Positions 50,674-62,443 of a DNA stretch of 64,000 nucleotides are shown here, one piece after another. A program made the translations under genes and the position numbers. The DNA is taken from assembly GCA_964252035.1 (NCBI GenBank), contig OZ176200.1, one strand, 5' to 3'. Source of the stretch: Podarcis erhardii. Taxonomy: Eukaryota. The notes beneath the pieces were generated by a model. That model saw only the letters and a list, made by a program, of their open reading frames with translations, was not told the origin of the DNA and did no database searches. How positions within the stretch are numbered: the stretch's first letter is position 1; every line of letters begins with the position of its first letter.

Positions 50674-50808
50674 CAGTGGCGTAGCGTGGGTTGTCAGCAC
50701 CCGGGGCAAGGCAAGTGATTTGCGCCCCCTAACCCGTGGATTTGCCCTAACCCCAGAAGTTGCGCCCGGTGCGGCCGGCCCCCCCTGTACCCCCACGCTA
50801 CGCCACTG
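50674..50808. mobile_element. Young hAT MITE
   Basis: Perfect 16-bp TIR CAGTGGCGTAGCGTGG / CCACGCTACGCCACTG and perfect 8-bp TSD gggtctag (50666-50673, 50809-50816). CpGs are intact. Confidence 0.93.
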
Positions 50809-50899
50809 GGGTCTAGGGACATAGCCATTTTGCCTGGGATGTTGAGAGGCCCAGCTTCAAAACTGGTAGAGCCTAAAACTAATGGCACCAAGCAGAGCA

Positions 50900-51070
50900 G
50901 TTGCTGGGAATCACTAGTTCAGAGAGTGCTGTTGTGCTCAGGTCCTGCTTTCAGGCTTCCCATAGACATCTGGTTGGCCACTGTGAGAACAGGATGTTGG
51001 GCTAGGTGGGCCACTGGCCTGATCTAGGAGGCTCTTCTTGTGTTCTTATGTCGTCTTGTGTTCTTATGTC
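50900..51070 (+). mobile_element. CR1-type 3' end with (TTCTTATG/TTCTTGTG) tail
   Basis: CTGGTTGGCCACTGTGAGAACAGGATG...GGCCTGATC...GGCTCTTCTTGTGTTCTTATG, with the tail unit duplicated. Confidence 0.7.
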
Positions 51071-51297
51071 ATCTGTCTTGGCAATTAAATGACAGTAAAT
51101 CACAGCAACAATGTGCTTCATGTAACCATTTTGCTTGCTCACCTCATGCAGTTGTGAAATTTGGAGATTGTGCTTATGCTGCTTTACTATTCTGTGCCAT
51201 GGCCACAAGTTTTAGGAAAGTTGTTAAAGGTAAATCACAACTGATTAGTATTGCGCTGCTATATAATGGCTATATATGTATGTTAATTGAACAATGT

Positions 51298-51639
51298 CAG
51301 ACCCTCCAAGTGTCCCTGTTTTCCAGGGACATCCCTGATTTAGAGAAGCCATACAGGTTTCTGATTTGATCCCAGAATGTCCCACTTTTCCTTAGGATGC
51401 CCCTATTTTCATTGGAGAAATGTTGGACGGTATGGAGTTATCTGACCCCCAACCTGTCTGAAGGCAATCCGGTATAGGGATTTTAAAAAACGATTAATGT
51501 TTTATTATGCTTTTATATATGTTGGAAGCTGCCTAGAGTGGCTGGGGCAACTAGTAAGTTGAGTGGGGTATAAAATAGTAAAATGATCATTATGGAATGG
51601 GATGTCCCTATTTTCATCGGAGAAATGTTGGAGGGTATG
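51298..51639. mobile_element. Composite non-autonomous TIR element containing an L2-like 3' tail
   Basis: Termini CAGACCCTCCAA / TTGGAGGGTATG, flanked by a caatgt direct repeat. The 33-bp right end is duplicated internally at about 51400-51432. Confidence 0.6.
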
Positions 51640-53237
51640 CAATGTGTTTTATGTTTTTTAAACAAAAATCAAAACAACAACAACTATGAAGTCAGTTAGC
51701 CTGCACACACTGGTCTTGTGACTATGTGCATTGTGGGATATTATGGACCCTGGTGATTTATTTGCTTCAATATACCAAAAAAAGGGGAAAAGGAAAACAT
51801 GTCAATGAAGACATGTTTTTTTTCTACTTGTAAATAGAGTCATGCTTACCACCAGAACTCAAATGTTTTATTTTTATGGCTTTCTTTGGATACATTTGAA
51901 CCTAAAACACTAAACTAATCGATTTGGTCTTTTTTTCTATTGATGAAGATTCCTCTATGTGCTAATCCTTTTACAGGTAACATATATCATCACAATGGTC
52001 ATCCATGCTGTGAATATAGAGAAGGATGATCAAAGCCACACACAAGAGATGCCCATAGCATGAGGAATATGCACTTTGCTTATTGGCAAACTGGCTCTAA
52101 CAAATCAATCTGTACTGAAGAACTGCTTTTACTAAAACATATTCCCAAACATCTAAAACCTTATTACTGTTTGGTTTCCCCCCTGTTTTTGTTTTTCCCC
52201 TGTGTATTATTTCTATGATAAAATAGCTCAAATTGTTAACATTAAAGAGTATTTGAAAAACCCATTGATCTTGCTTTCTATATTACACATACGTCCAAAT
52301 GTATTAATATGGGGAAAAAAATCATTTAGGGAAAAACAGCTTAAATGAAAGTCAATGGAGTATTTACAGGAAGTCAGGTGTCAATACACAATATGCTCCA
52401 GGAATTATAAATAAAAATGCAATTATGCATAAGTAATCATTTGTCAAACAACCATCCATAAATGAAGCATGGTTAAAATAGTGTCATAAGGAGATGGTAA
52501 TTATCATAGAAGCCTGGTTTTAATATATAGGCCATCGAACAAATAAAAGTTGACCTTTATTAAATCACTTTCCCCCTCAATTTCATTTCCATTAAACATT
52601 ATTCACTATGAAGTCACATCTATGTAATGAAACGAAACTACATTAACTATATAGATCAGAAGTGCAAATATGTTTGAATAATGTCCATTTTAATCTTTTC
52701 ACCATCAATAAATCAGCACCTAAACCCTATAAATTGCCTGATGTGCCTGGCAAACATGGGTGACTTTGACTGTTCATACATTGTACTAAAGCTGAACTTT
52801 ATGTGAAGTAAGCTGGTTGCAAATAGAACATATCCTATGTTAATGATAAATCAAATTAGATATTTAAGTGTTACTGAAATATATCAATTAAGAAAAAGTA
52901 ATAACCAATGGTAACTTTGGGCTATGGATAGCCAGTCACCACCAGCATACTTTCAGGCAATGTCTAATACCACCATAAAAGTATCAGAAACATGCTGGAG
53001 AGCTGGGGTGTATTTAAAGTACATTCCACATTCAGAAAAGGAAACTCATTTTAATATATATATATTTTTTAAAAATGAAACTAAAAATAAAATAAACACT
53101 GTAAATTTTAAGAAATAAAAGCAAAGTTCAGTTTACTCCATCAGTTGTGCAAACTTTGGCAGTCAAAAGAAACCCAAAGGAAAATCCAAACTTCATGCAA
53201 TATTCTCCATTTGAAGGCACACAGTTTAGGCTGTACC

Positions 53238-53387
53238 CACTGGTGGAGGAAGAGGAGTGCAGGGAAAGCGCACCGCCCCCGGCAACGCAATCCCGGTGGG
53301 GTTCCATCACGGCTGCCCCCCCCACACACACTGGGTGCCCCACCTGCTCTCCACCCCCCAGTGCCGGAGCATGAAGCTCCGCCACTG
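53238..53387. mobile_element. hAT MITE
   Basis: TIRs CACTGGTGGAG / CTCCGCCACTG with a perfect 8-bp TSD gctgtacc (53230-53237, 53388-53395). Confidence 0.88.
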
Positions 53388-53720
53388 GCTGTACCTACAC
53401 ACCTTAGAAAGAAAATCCCAGGATTCCATTGTTAGTTGACTGGCAGCCACAAAGGACAAGTTCAGCAACTTGAATTATATTTGTAAATTTATCAAGCATC
53501 TTCCGAAGTGGTGGCTGAACAAAGCAGAAGAATGATTCTCCTGAATGCCATGGATTTTTAAATAGTCACCTATAATATGAATTGGTCTTTATTTATTTGT
53601 ATAGATAGCATTCCTCAAACTACTTATTTTGGAATGGTTTCCTTTTGTTCTTGTTTTAGTGATCTAGGGATGGAATAGTTCATGACTACCTAGACTAGAG
53701 CTCATTCATATAAAGGTACT

Positions 53721-53914
53721 CAGGGCCGGCCCATCCATGAGGCAAGATGAGTTGATCGCCTCAGGTGGCAGGATCCACAGCGTCAGCAGATCCTGATGTC
53801 CATTTTCATTCCTTGCTCCTGATACAGATCTTCACTCACCCCTTCTTCCCTGGCATAGGGGGAATGCCATTTTGCAGTTCGCCTCAGGTGGCAAAATGTT
53901 TTGGGCTGGTCCTG
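53721..53914. mobile_element. hAT-like MITE
   Basis: TIRs CAGGGCCGGCCCA / TGGGCTGGTCCTG and an internal repeated TCGCCTCAGGTGGCA. No clear TSD. Confidence 0.7.
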
Positions 53915-54237
53915 CAGTAGCTTTTGACTCTGACATTGGCAATTACCAGTTAGACCACAGAAAAGAAAAACAGGTCCCTTGGGGCTTTTTGTTTGTTTGT
54001 TTGTTTTTGGTCTTTCCTTCCATGAAACAAATAATCAGTACATTCAGCTCTTGACAGCACTGACCTTCCAGAAAGAGTGAGGGATATGAAAATACACACT
54101 ATGGACATGCATACGTTCTTGTCGGTATCAGCTATCAACCAGTTACAGATAGGTAGCCGTGTTGGTCTGCCATGGTCAAAACAAAATAAAAAAATTCCTT
54201 CCAGTAGCACCTTAAAGACCAACTGAGTTAGTTCTAG

Positions 54238-54275
54238 GTATGAGCTTTCGTGTGCATGCACACTTCTTCAGATAC
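54238..54275 (-). ncRNA. Minimal type I hammerhead ribozyme motif (left arm)
   Basis: Minus strand: GUAU-CUGAAGA-A-GUGUG(CAUG)CACAC-GAAA-GC-UC^AUAC. Confidence 0.72.
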
Positions 54276-54517
54276 ACTGAAACAGAAGTCACCGGACCTT
54301 TCTATATAGTGAGAAGGTGGGGAGGGGTATTACTCAGAAGGGTGGTGGGAATGGGTGATTGGCAGATAGCTGCGATGAGCAACAGGCGATGAGCAACAGG
54401 ATGAGTCAACAGGCTCATCGCAGCTATCTGCCAATCACCCATTCCCACCACCCTTCTGAGTAATACCCCTCCCCACCTTCTCACTATATAGAAAGGTCCG
54501 GTGACTTCTGTTTCAGT

Positions 54518-54555
54518 GTATCTGAAGAAGTGTGCATGCACACGAAAGCTCATAC
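54518..54555 (+). ncRNA. Minimal type I hammerhead ribozyme motif (right arm)
   Basis: Plus strand: GUAU-CUGAAGA-A-GUGUG(CAUG)CACAC-GAAA-GC-UC^AUAC, with predicted cleavage after 54551. Confidence 0.72.
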
Positions 54556-55751
54556 CTAGAACTAACTCAGTTGGTCTTTAAGGTGCTACTGGAAGCTATC
54601 AACCAATCGTTGTGCACAGGTTAGCTGTTTATGTAGCAGAGCTTAGAAAAAGCATAACAAGATAGATATGAGAATCTACCTCAGGATACTGTGACCTGAT
54701 ACTTTCCATTTCTTTCTCGTGAGCAACAGTAATGAGATTTGCTGGAGAGTATTCCTCTAAAGGGGGTTGGAAAACTGTCAATGGCAGAAAGTGCTTTTTA
54801 TAGCCTTGTAACAAAGATTATAATTAAATAGAAAATTAACAAAGAAAACTAATGAAGAACAGAGGAATCAAAGCTACAAATGCTGTTCAAAACTAGTTTG
54901 TTCCTACACTGCATTATAACTCCTTCATCCTAATTGGTGTTATTAATACTGACAAGTTAAATAAATGAATTCATCAAGCTATAGAATATCATGAAATCTC
55001 TTATTGAGATAAATTAACAAAGCCGAACCAATCATTCTAACTCAACTAGTTTAAAGCAATACAAGAATATTAATTATCACCCAGAGTTAATTTTACATTA
55101 GCAATTATGGAACTGTTTTGATTTGCTTATTGAGAAATCAGTTCTATTGTATTATTTTGTTTTGCTGGCTGCATTATGCTGCTAACTAGCGATTCACCTG
55201 TTACCTGTCAGGTCACACTTTGAGAAGACAGACAGTGGTTGTACATATCAAAGTTACTGGACCGTGTCAAAGGGGTGATGTATGCAGCTTCTGACAAGGA
55301 GAAGTTGGCCTGTGAAGACAAGTTGCTAGGGAATGATATTGGCAGCATTTCTGGAAACAGCCTAGTGTCCTGCCCCATCCTTCCAGATATTAAAAAAGTT
55401 GCTAGGCAGCAGCTGACACAGGATGAGGAGGGTAAGAACAGCACTGAAGGGAGATAAATGTGGCGGGGGGGGGGAGAGACTTCACTTGAGCTCTAAGGTT
55501 TCACTATGTATATATATTCTGTGTAAAGCAACCATCTCAAAATGACCAACTCAGAAAAACATTTGTTATGGGATTTTACTGATGGCATGATCTAGACATA
55601 AAACTCATATAAATGTGTTGTGATGAGCTGTTAATGTGCATTGGCAACAGCTGCTGACCAACCTCTGCAGGACTTTATTGGAATTTGCATTATGAGAAAT
55701 AACTGCCGATCCTTAAGGATAAACTCACATCTCCCATTTGATTGCTCATTT

Positions 55752-55753
<2 letters not shown>

Positions 55754-55783
<30 letters not shown>
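55754..55783. repeat. (GT)n microsatellite
   Basis: Direct read of the sequence. Confidence 0.95.
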
Positions 55784-55788
<5 letters not shown>

Positions 55789-57499
55789 TCACATCAATTT
55801 CTGAACTTTGGGAACCCAGCAGGATGAGTGCCAGTCATTTGACAATCACTGACTCGACTTTTTAAAAAGGATTTATACAATAGTTTAAGAGGTAACAGTT
55901 TGCTAGCAACAGGGAAGCACTTCAAACCGCTCCTGTGGTTAATGCCTTCAATATTCTAGCTGGTTGAATGGCCCAAAGTCCAGAAAAAGAACTTTGCAAG
56001 TTCTGAAAGTCATGTTCCCTTTTAAGCTTTTAAGCAATGGAAGACTGGGAAAAACTGTGACAGCTTTATTTGCAACATATCAAAACACTCATGAGTAAGT
56101 GTTACCATGTACAAATCCCAGGGTAACTCCTCCACCATCCTCCAAGGAATTGTTCAAGTCACAAACTACAAGGACAGTGAAGATCTGTCTAAACCTCCAA
56201 AGAGCTCCAAAAGATTCACAAAAGGCTACCTCATTCACAACATGAAAACAACCTCCTATTCCAAGATCTCATAAATACCCATTTGCTGACGTTTTAGGTC
56301 CAAAGTTTTATCTAAACTCAGTAGCTTCTGGCTATAGTATGGGTCATAACAAACCTCCATTACTAACTTAAATTACTCATCTTGGAAAATGTTTCCATAC
56401 AATCATGAAATATACTACTATTTAAAGACAATACTATGACCCAGTATTTCACACACCACCTTCTCCACCAACTATATTGGTCTTGCATAATCAGGGCCAA
56501 AAATGAAACAGTCTGAGCAGGATCTTATCGTAAGCAACTTCCTGCTGCCGCTTGCTCATCTTAAGCAACTTCCCTCTGCCCATTTTCCACCAAAAAAACC
56601 CCCAAACAAAACAACAACCCAACTATCATTCCTTCCCCTTATACAGGGAAAAGTAGCTGCATGTAATTTAGAGTGAGGAAAATATTTGGAAGGGGAAGAT
56701 TAAGCAACACTTTCCCTTCCACTGCTTCTTCAAGTTATTCTCCATCCCAAGGATGCTTTTCATCTGCCTGCAATATCTATTTTGTTCCTCAGCTGTACCA
56801 CACAGAAATATCTTAAGTAACACTAGAAGAAAAGTATCACGACATGCACAGTCTCCATTATAAAAGGGTCAACGGACTATTGCACATGACTTTCCTGTCA
56901 ATAAGGGGGGGGGAGAGAGAATGTCTGTTGGAGAGGAAGAACCAGGCATCTTTCCCCCACTTAGAAGAGCTAGGATGTTTCTTTAGCAGCAGCAGACACC
57001 CAAAGCAGACTGAAAAGGTTGATCTTTAAGTCCCCGCCACAAGCTAATGGGCTAATAGTTTCTTTAAAGGAAAGTCTGTGTTTTGAAGTGTTTTTAAAAT
57101 CCACATACTGGTGTGAGTAAGAAGTCAATAGCACAGAGAGAACAGATCAGTATAAAGTTCAGTTTGAAGTCATCGCTGTGGAACTTTAAAAAATTTCATC
57201 AGTTCTTGCAGGACACCAAAATGCACGTAAGTGGTTGCTTTAGAAAGTCTCCTATTGACTTGAAAGTTAGGATATTTCCTGCATAAGAAATGGAGGGAGA
57301 GGGGCTGTGCTTATCCTTCCCAATAATAGGCAGCTTTTAAGGTAGCTGCATTATCTAATAGGGAATTGTATAAACAGTGTTTCCCCCCCCCTAGAAAAAT
57401 GGGAGAAGAGAATAAGAAATTAAATGGCAACAACACACATACAGATGGCACTTTGTATCAAATTATTTCTACTGGTTGACACCATGTATATGGTTGTGT

Positions 57500-57900
57500 T
57501 AGTTGCCAGTGCATTTCCAGGCTCAATTCAAAGTTCTTTAAAGCCCTAGAAGATTTGGGGCCCCACTTCCCAAATGAGCCTACCCAGGTTGTGAGGACAT
57601 TCTGAGGACACTCCTCAGAGAGCCCTCTCCTACAGAAATTCTAAAGGTGGCAACAAGACTTCAGATTGATTACCTTCCCCTGGCCTACGGAATGCTCTTC
57701 TCAGGAAAGCTTGCCTGGCCCCCACTTTGCAATCTTTTCAGTGACAGGCAAAAAATTAATTTTCCAACCCCAGACATTTTTGCAATACTAACAGTTTTAC
57801 TTGCTTTTAGTATGCTATATGTAACACACACACACACCTCCTCAATCTATGCCTAGATACTGTTTATTGCAGTTGCTACACCTTCGAATGTGGGTTCTCT
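57500..57900 (+). mobile_element. Old L2 LINE 3' fragment
   Basis: Decayed translation LPVHFQAQFKVL and YGMLFSGKL (cf. LWNxLP). Confidence 0.65.
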
Positions 57901-58492
57901 GTGTGTTTTTCCAGGTTGGTTCACAAAGAAGGTTAGTGTTGTTGTTGAGTTTTTGTGATATTTAATCTATGCATTCTACAAACTATATTGGGATAATTTG
58001 TGTTTTGTTTCACTAAAAGTCGCCTATGTTTTTGTATAGGCATCATGTAAATGCAATATTAAAATGAGATTCCAGGAACAGCTTAGCCTTTTTCAAGCTT
58101 TCTCTCCACACAATTCTAATTGCATGGAGGGAAAGAGTGGATCATACTCCCCCTGCCCACAAGTAGAGCCACCCCATTGTCAATGTGTTGGGGGATTTGA
58201 AAAAGGGAGCCTGCTGTGCAGGATGGAATCTCTCCTATAACTGGATATTCGGGGGTTAATATTAAATGGGAACCTCTTAGGTATTAGTGACTAGAGAAGT
58301 ATTCTGAAAGTTAACCCAGACAAAGTCCTGGTACTGGGCAGACCATCAGGCTTGGGTTTAAATCAGCTTTGTAGTTTGTGAGTACCCTAATACTCTCCTG
58401 TGAAGGTAGCATTGATACCAATGGGTGTGTTAGCTAGTTTGTCAATTTTGAGACCTTGCTATGCTAATTCATAATCTGGTGATCTCCATATT

Positions 58493-58842
58493 AAAAAGGT
58501 AAAGGATCCCTGACAGTTAAGTCAGTCATGAATGACTCTAGGGTTGCGGTGCTCATCTCGCTTTACTGGCCGAGGGAGCCGATGTTTGTCCACAGACAGT
58601 TTTTCTGGGTCATGTGGCCAGCATGACTAAGCCGCTTCTGGCGAAACAAGAGCAGCACACAGAAATGCCGTTTACCTTCCCATCGGAGCGGTACCTATTT
58701 ATCTACTTGCACTTTGACGTGCTTTCAAACTGCTGGGTTGACAGGAGCAGGGACCGAGCAATGGGAGCTCACCCCCAACCACAACCTTCCAATCAGCAAG
58801 CCCTAGGCTCAGTGGTTTAGACCACAGTGCCACCTGTGTCCC
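58493..58842 (-). mobile_element. Sauria SINE, near full length
   Basis: The minus strand starts GGGACACAGGTGGCACTGTGGTCTAAACCACTGAGCCTAGGGCTTGCTGATTGGAAGG (tRNA head) and ends CCTTTACCTTTT. Confidence 0.92.
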
Positions 58843-59329
58843 TAGGACTACTGTAAAATGCTTTAAATAGAGCTGCCCTTGAAAAGTTCTCTGAAACTCC
58901 CAACTAGTGCAAGGGAGGGAAATGGGATCTGGCCAGCTTGCTTGATTCTTACTCACCCCTACAGGCCAAGTTTGACAGATGCTACCCACCTGTTAATCAT
59001 CTTGCATCACAATGACATCAGGTGACCCACTTTCCTTTGCCCAGGTAGTTTGAAACCACGCCATGCAGGCAAAGGCACAGCACTGCAAAGCACACAAGCA
59101 AAGATCACAGCAATGCACAACCATCAGCTGGAGGTGTCTACGAGAAGCCCATGGGCAGGATATGAGTATTAGTGTTCTGCCACCTAAAAATTGGCACGTA
59201 GGAGTGCTGACACAACTTGGGTGTCCTTCCACTGTTGTTTTCCAAGCAGCTGGCTTTCTGAGGCATGCTGTCCCTGATTCTGGCACTAGGATATAACCAC
59301 CATTTGTTTTTATTTTATTTGAATATTCA

Positions 59330-60060
59330 TAAACTATACTTTCATGGGAAATATAGCCAGGCATAATGTGCAACATAAAAATATAATTTAGCAATAACAG
59401 CTTCAGTAAAAGCACCAGTAGCATGTCAATAAAAACTGATAGGTAAAAGAAGTCAAATACCAAACACCTTTCTGAACAGAACATGTTTTTTTAAAAATGT
59501 CTAGAAGTAAGACTGTGCAGGAACTCCTCAGGGCAGGATCTGCCACACCAAAGGCTTGGACCCTGTTAAAGGCTGGCCACCAAAAGTGCCCCGTCAGAAG
59601 ATCTCGGTGATTGAGGTGGAACATTGGGAATCATGCAGTGCTTAAGGTACTTTGGGTTTAGATTGTTTCAGGCTTTGTGAATAAACATAAGAAACTGGAA
59701 CATGGTCTGGGTGCAAACCAGCAACCGTTCCCTCAGAAAAGGAGTAACATGTTGCATCCTGCAGCTTCTGGACCAGATGTAAGGGCATCTCCAGATAAAG
59801 CACATTACAATTACAGTAATCAAGACTTAAGGTTTATAATGCATAGACCACCATGGGCCTGATCTAGTAATGGTCACAGCAGGTGTACTAGCCAAAGCTG
59901 GTAGAAGGCACTTGTAGTCAGAAAGGCCATGAGGGCCTTTAGAGATAAACATGGATCAAGGAGTAACCCCAAGCTGTGAACCTGTACCTTCATCATGCAA
60001 CCCCATCCATAACAGGCAACTGACCTATCTCCTGGCCATGGAAACCACCCACTAAACATG
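59330..60060 (-). mobile_element. Old L2 LINE fragment (RT C-terminal region)
   Basis: Minus ORF VHSLGLLLDPCLSLKALMAFLTTSAFYQLWLVHLL (cf. VRxLGVxLDxxLSxxxQVxxVxRSAFYQLRLVRQL), then RVQAFGVADPAL. Confidence 0.8.
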
Positions 60061-60069
60061 ACTGTGGCT

Positions 60070-60590
60070 ATTGATAAGTTTTGTCCCCCATGAACTTATT
60101 TAATCCTCTTTTGGTGGCTTTCACCACATCATGTGGCAGGCAATATCATAGTTAAACTGTGTGCTTTGTGAAGTGCTTCCTTTTGCCTGTCCTGAATTTC
60201 CTGCTATCCGCTTCATTGGATGACTCCAGGATCAGGTGTTGAAAGTTGGACAACAATGTGTGGGCACACTGATACCCTCTTCCATCCATTTTCTCACACA
60301 ATATATAATTTTATAAACCTCTCCGTGTCCCCCCATTGCTTACTCTTTCTCTGAACTAAAGAGTTCCAAATCTTCATTTTGTCACAGGGTAGCTCCTCTA
60401 TTCCCCTAAGCATTTTGTTTATCCCTATCTTGCCTTTTCCAGCTCTACTGCTGTACACCTATACACATTATTCCAAGTGTGGCCACACCACAGATTTGTA
60501 TTAAGGCATTAGGATACTGGCACTTTTATTTCCACTCGCTTTCCTAATGATCCTTAACACGGAATTCACCTTTTCCGCTGCTTCTGTCAC
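60070..60590 (-). mobile_element. Old CR1 LINE fragment
   Basis: Motifs TCACCACATCATGTGGCA, CTTCATTGGATGAC, TTTTCCAGCTCTAC and ATTCCAAGTGTGGCC..ACC match the reverse strand of CR1 ORF2 ends. Confidence 0.7.
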
Positions 60591-62315
60591 TGGGCCGATG
60601 TTATCAATTACCTAAGAGGAAGATGCCGAAGAAAAGCAGGGGGACAACTGAGCCTAGGAGGAGGTAAAAAAAGAAAATAAAACTGCAAAAACTGAATGTG
60701 TTGGGCAAAGAGACTGATTTCCTTTCTTATCCTCTCCAGTTACCCAAAATAGTAGAGATCCATTGACCTTCTGTCTATCCAATTGATGGGAGAAGACTTT
60801 TTTTTAAGGATGACCCTTAAAAAAAAGCAAATACCTATTTGATTAGGAATGGTTCCAAGCAGCAAGCATAGTATTCTATCAGCTGACGCTGAAATCTGCT
60901 GAGGGGACACAAAGTTTGCTTAGTAATCATAATCCAGTTGGTGTGAATTAGGAAGTCAGCTGTACCAAGCAATGTAGACTACTTTTTTAGGGATATAGAC
61001 AAATGGGCGTACATCCCGTAGGGAGCTTCAGCTAAGAGGGAATGTGCTTCACTTTGGTAGCAGAGAAACAGACCTATAGCTCCAAGCAGCACTTCTTATC
61101 CTTTCTGTTTATTTCTCCACTTCCCCAGATGTAAGGTTTCCTTCTTCATTTCTTAGACAAGTCTTTCAAGGGGCTTTTGAGATTTTCCTTTTGAGCAAAA
61201 TACACATCTGGCTGACTTGCAGTTTCCCCTATCATGTGTAGCCTTCCATCAACATCCCAGTCACCTAGTCTTATGCCAGCAGAAATATTATCAACATGAG
61301 GAAGAAAATTGGGGAGGATATGAAAGAGTTCCTCTGAAGTTCTTATGACTGCTGAGCCCAGAATCATATACAGTGGTCACTCCTAGGTGACCCATTTATT
61401 GAACATTCACTCTTATTTGTTTGCACAAAGTTTGTGGGACGGTTAGATGGTGATGTAGGGTGTTTATGGAGCATTACTTCTGATCTGTTTGTGGAGAGAC
61501 TAGAAGACATTGCATCAAGCAAATATTATCCAATACTTTCTAGTACATTTTTCCATCATTTTGCTTGCTGCAAAAAGTCTGACACTGTGTACAGAGACCT
61601 TTAAAGCACATTTGAAGCACATCACCCCCCCCCCAAAAAAAAATTATGGGCACAGCACTTTGCTACTCACAGAGATACATGCAATGCTGTTTATATTTCA
61701 CAGGTATTGCACTTCAGTTTAGGGCAAGAAGCATGTATTAATCCTGTAAATAAAATACTATTTTCTCCCTTTAATTCATATACAAACTCAACATGATTTT
61801 TTTTTTCCAAAAAAGGATTTATCCTTCTGGGTTATTGTGGCCCAGCATCAATATCTTAATCACCTACCTTTTTAGTTAATTAGGCAAGAAGTTATCGCTT
61901 CTGTACCTGTAATGCTTTGCAAAATCCAAGATTCGTTTTACTTTAGAGGAGGATTAATAGTGTTACGTGCTGCTCAGTCTTTCATTTTATAGAAGCTGTA
62001 TCCAAATGGGTACGTAAGATTGTATAATACACTGTTGCAAAGGGTGCTTTTAAAAGAACCTTCCTTAGGCCACACAGGTTTATGTATGCTTAGAGAAGGA
62101 ACATGCATATGCTGGCTGCCAGGTGCAGGGCACAGGGTACTTCATCCTGATTAGGAATTAAAGCATATTAATCATAAAACCACCCAAAATAAAGGAGCAT
62201 CTGATTCAAGGCTTTTAAAAAAAAATTAAAAGAAATTCAATAGAGGGCACACAAAGGCAGTCGTCCGAATTATCGTTGTGGCAACAGGATGCAGTGGACA
62301 AAATATTTCTTCCCT

Positions 62316-62443
62316 NNNNNNNNNNNNNNNNNNNNNNNNNNNNNNNNNNNNNNNNNNNNNNNNNNNNNNNNNNNNNNNNNNNNNNNNNNNNNNNNNNNNN
62401 NNNNNNNNNNNNNNNNNNNNNNNNNNNNNNNNNNNNNNNNNNN
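62316..62443. other. Assembly gap (128 N)
   Basis: Run of N in the sequence. Confidence 1.

Larger units (their letters stand above)
54142..54595 (-). mobile_element. Penelope-like element 3' fragment with perfect 183-bp inverted duplication
   Basis: TSD agctatcaacca (54130-54141, 54594-54605). The arms 54198-54380 and 54413-54595 are exact reverse complements. The terminus TTACAGATAGGTAGCCGTGTTGGTCTGCC is shared with the 11072 element. Confidence 0.85.

Noticed and set aside
50725-50756. Two CCCTAACCC telomere-like words
   Set aside because: Internal to a 135-bp MITE and not tandem. Not an interstitial telomeric array.
54373-54413. Short direct repeats resembling a CRISPR-like array
   Set aside because: Only 2-3 units of 13-14 bp with no spacers, in a vertebrate. 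Better explained as RT stutter at the PLE fold-back junction.
55239-55457. Resemblance of LACEDKL and GNSLV to the KYNU N-terminus (KYNU neighbours LRP1B in human)
   Set aside because: Only two short words match, and the spacing and surrounding residues do not. Not called KYNU.
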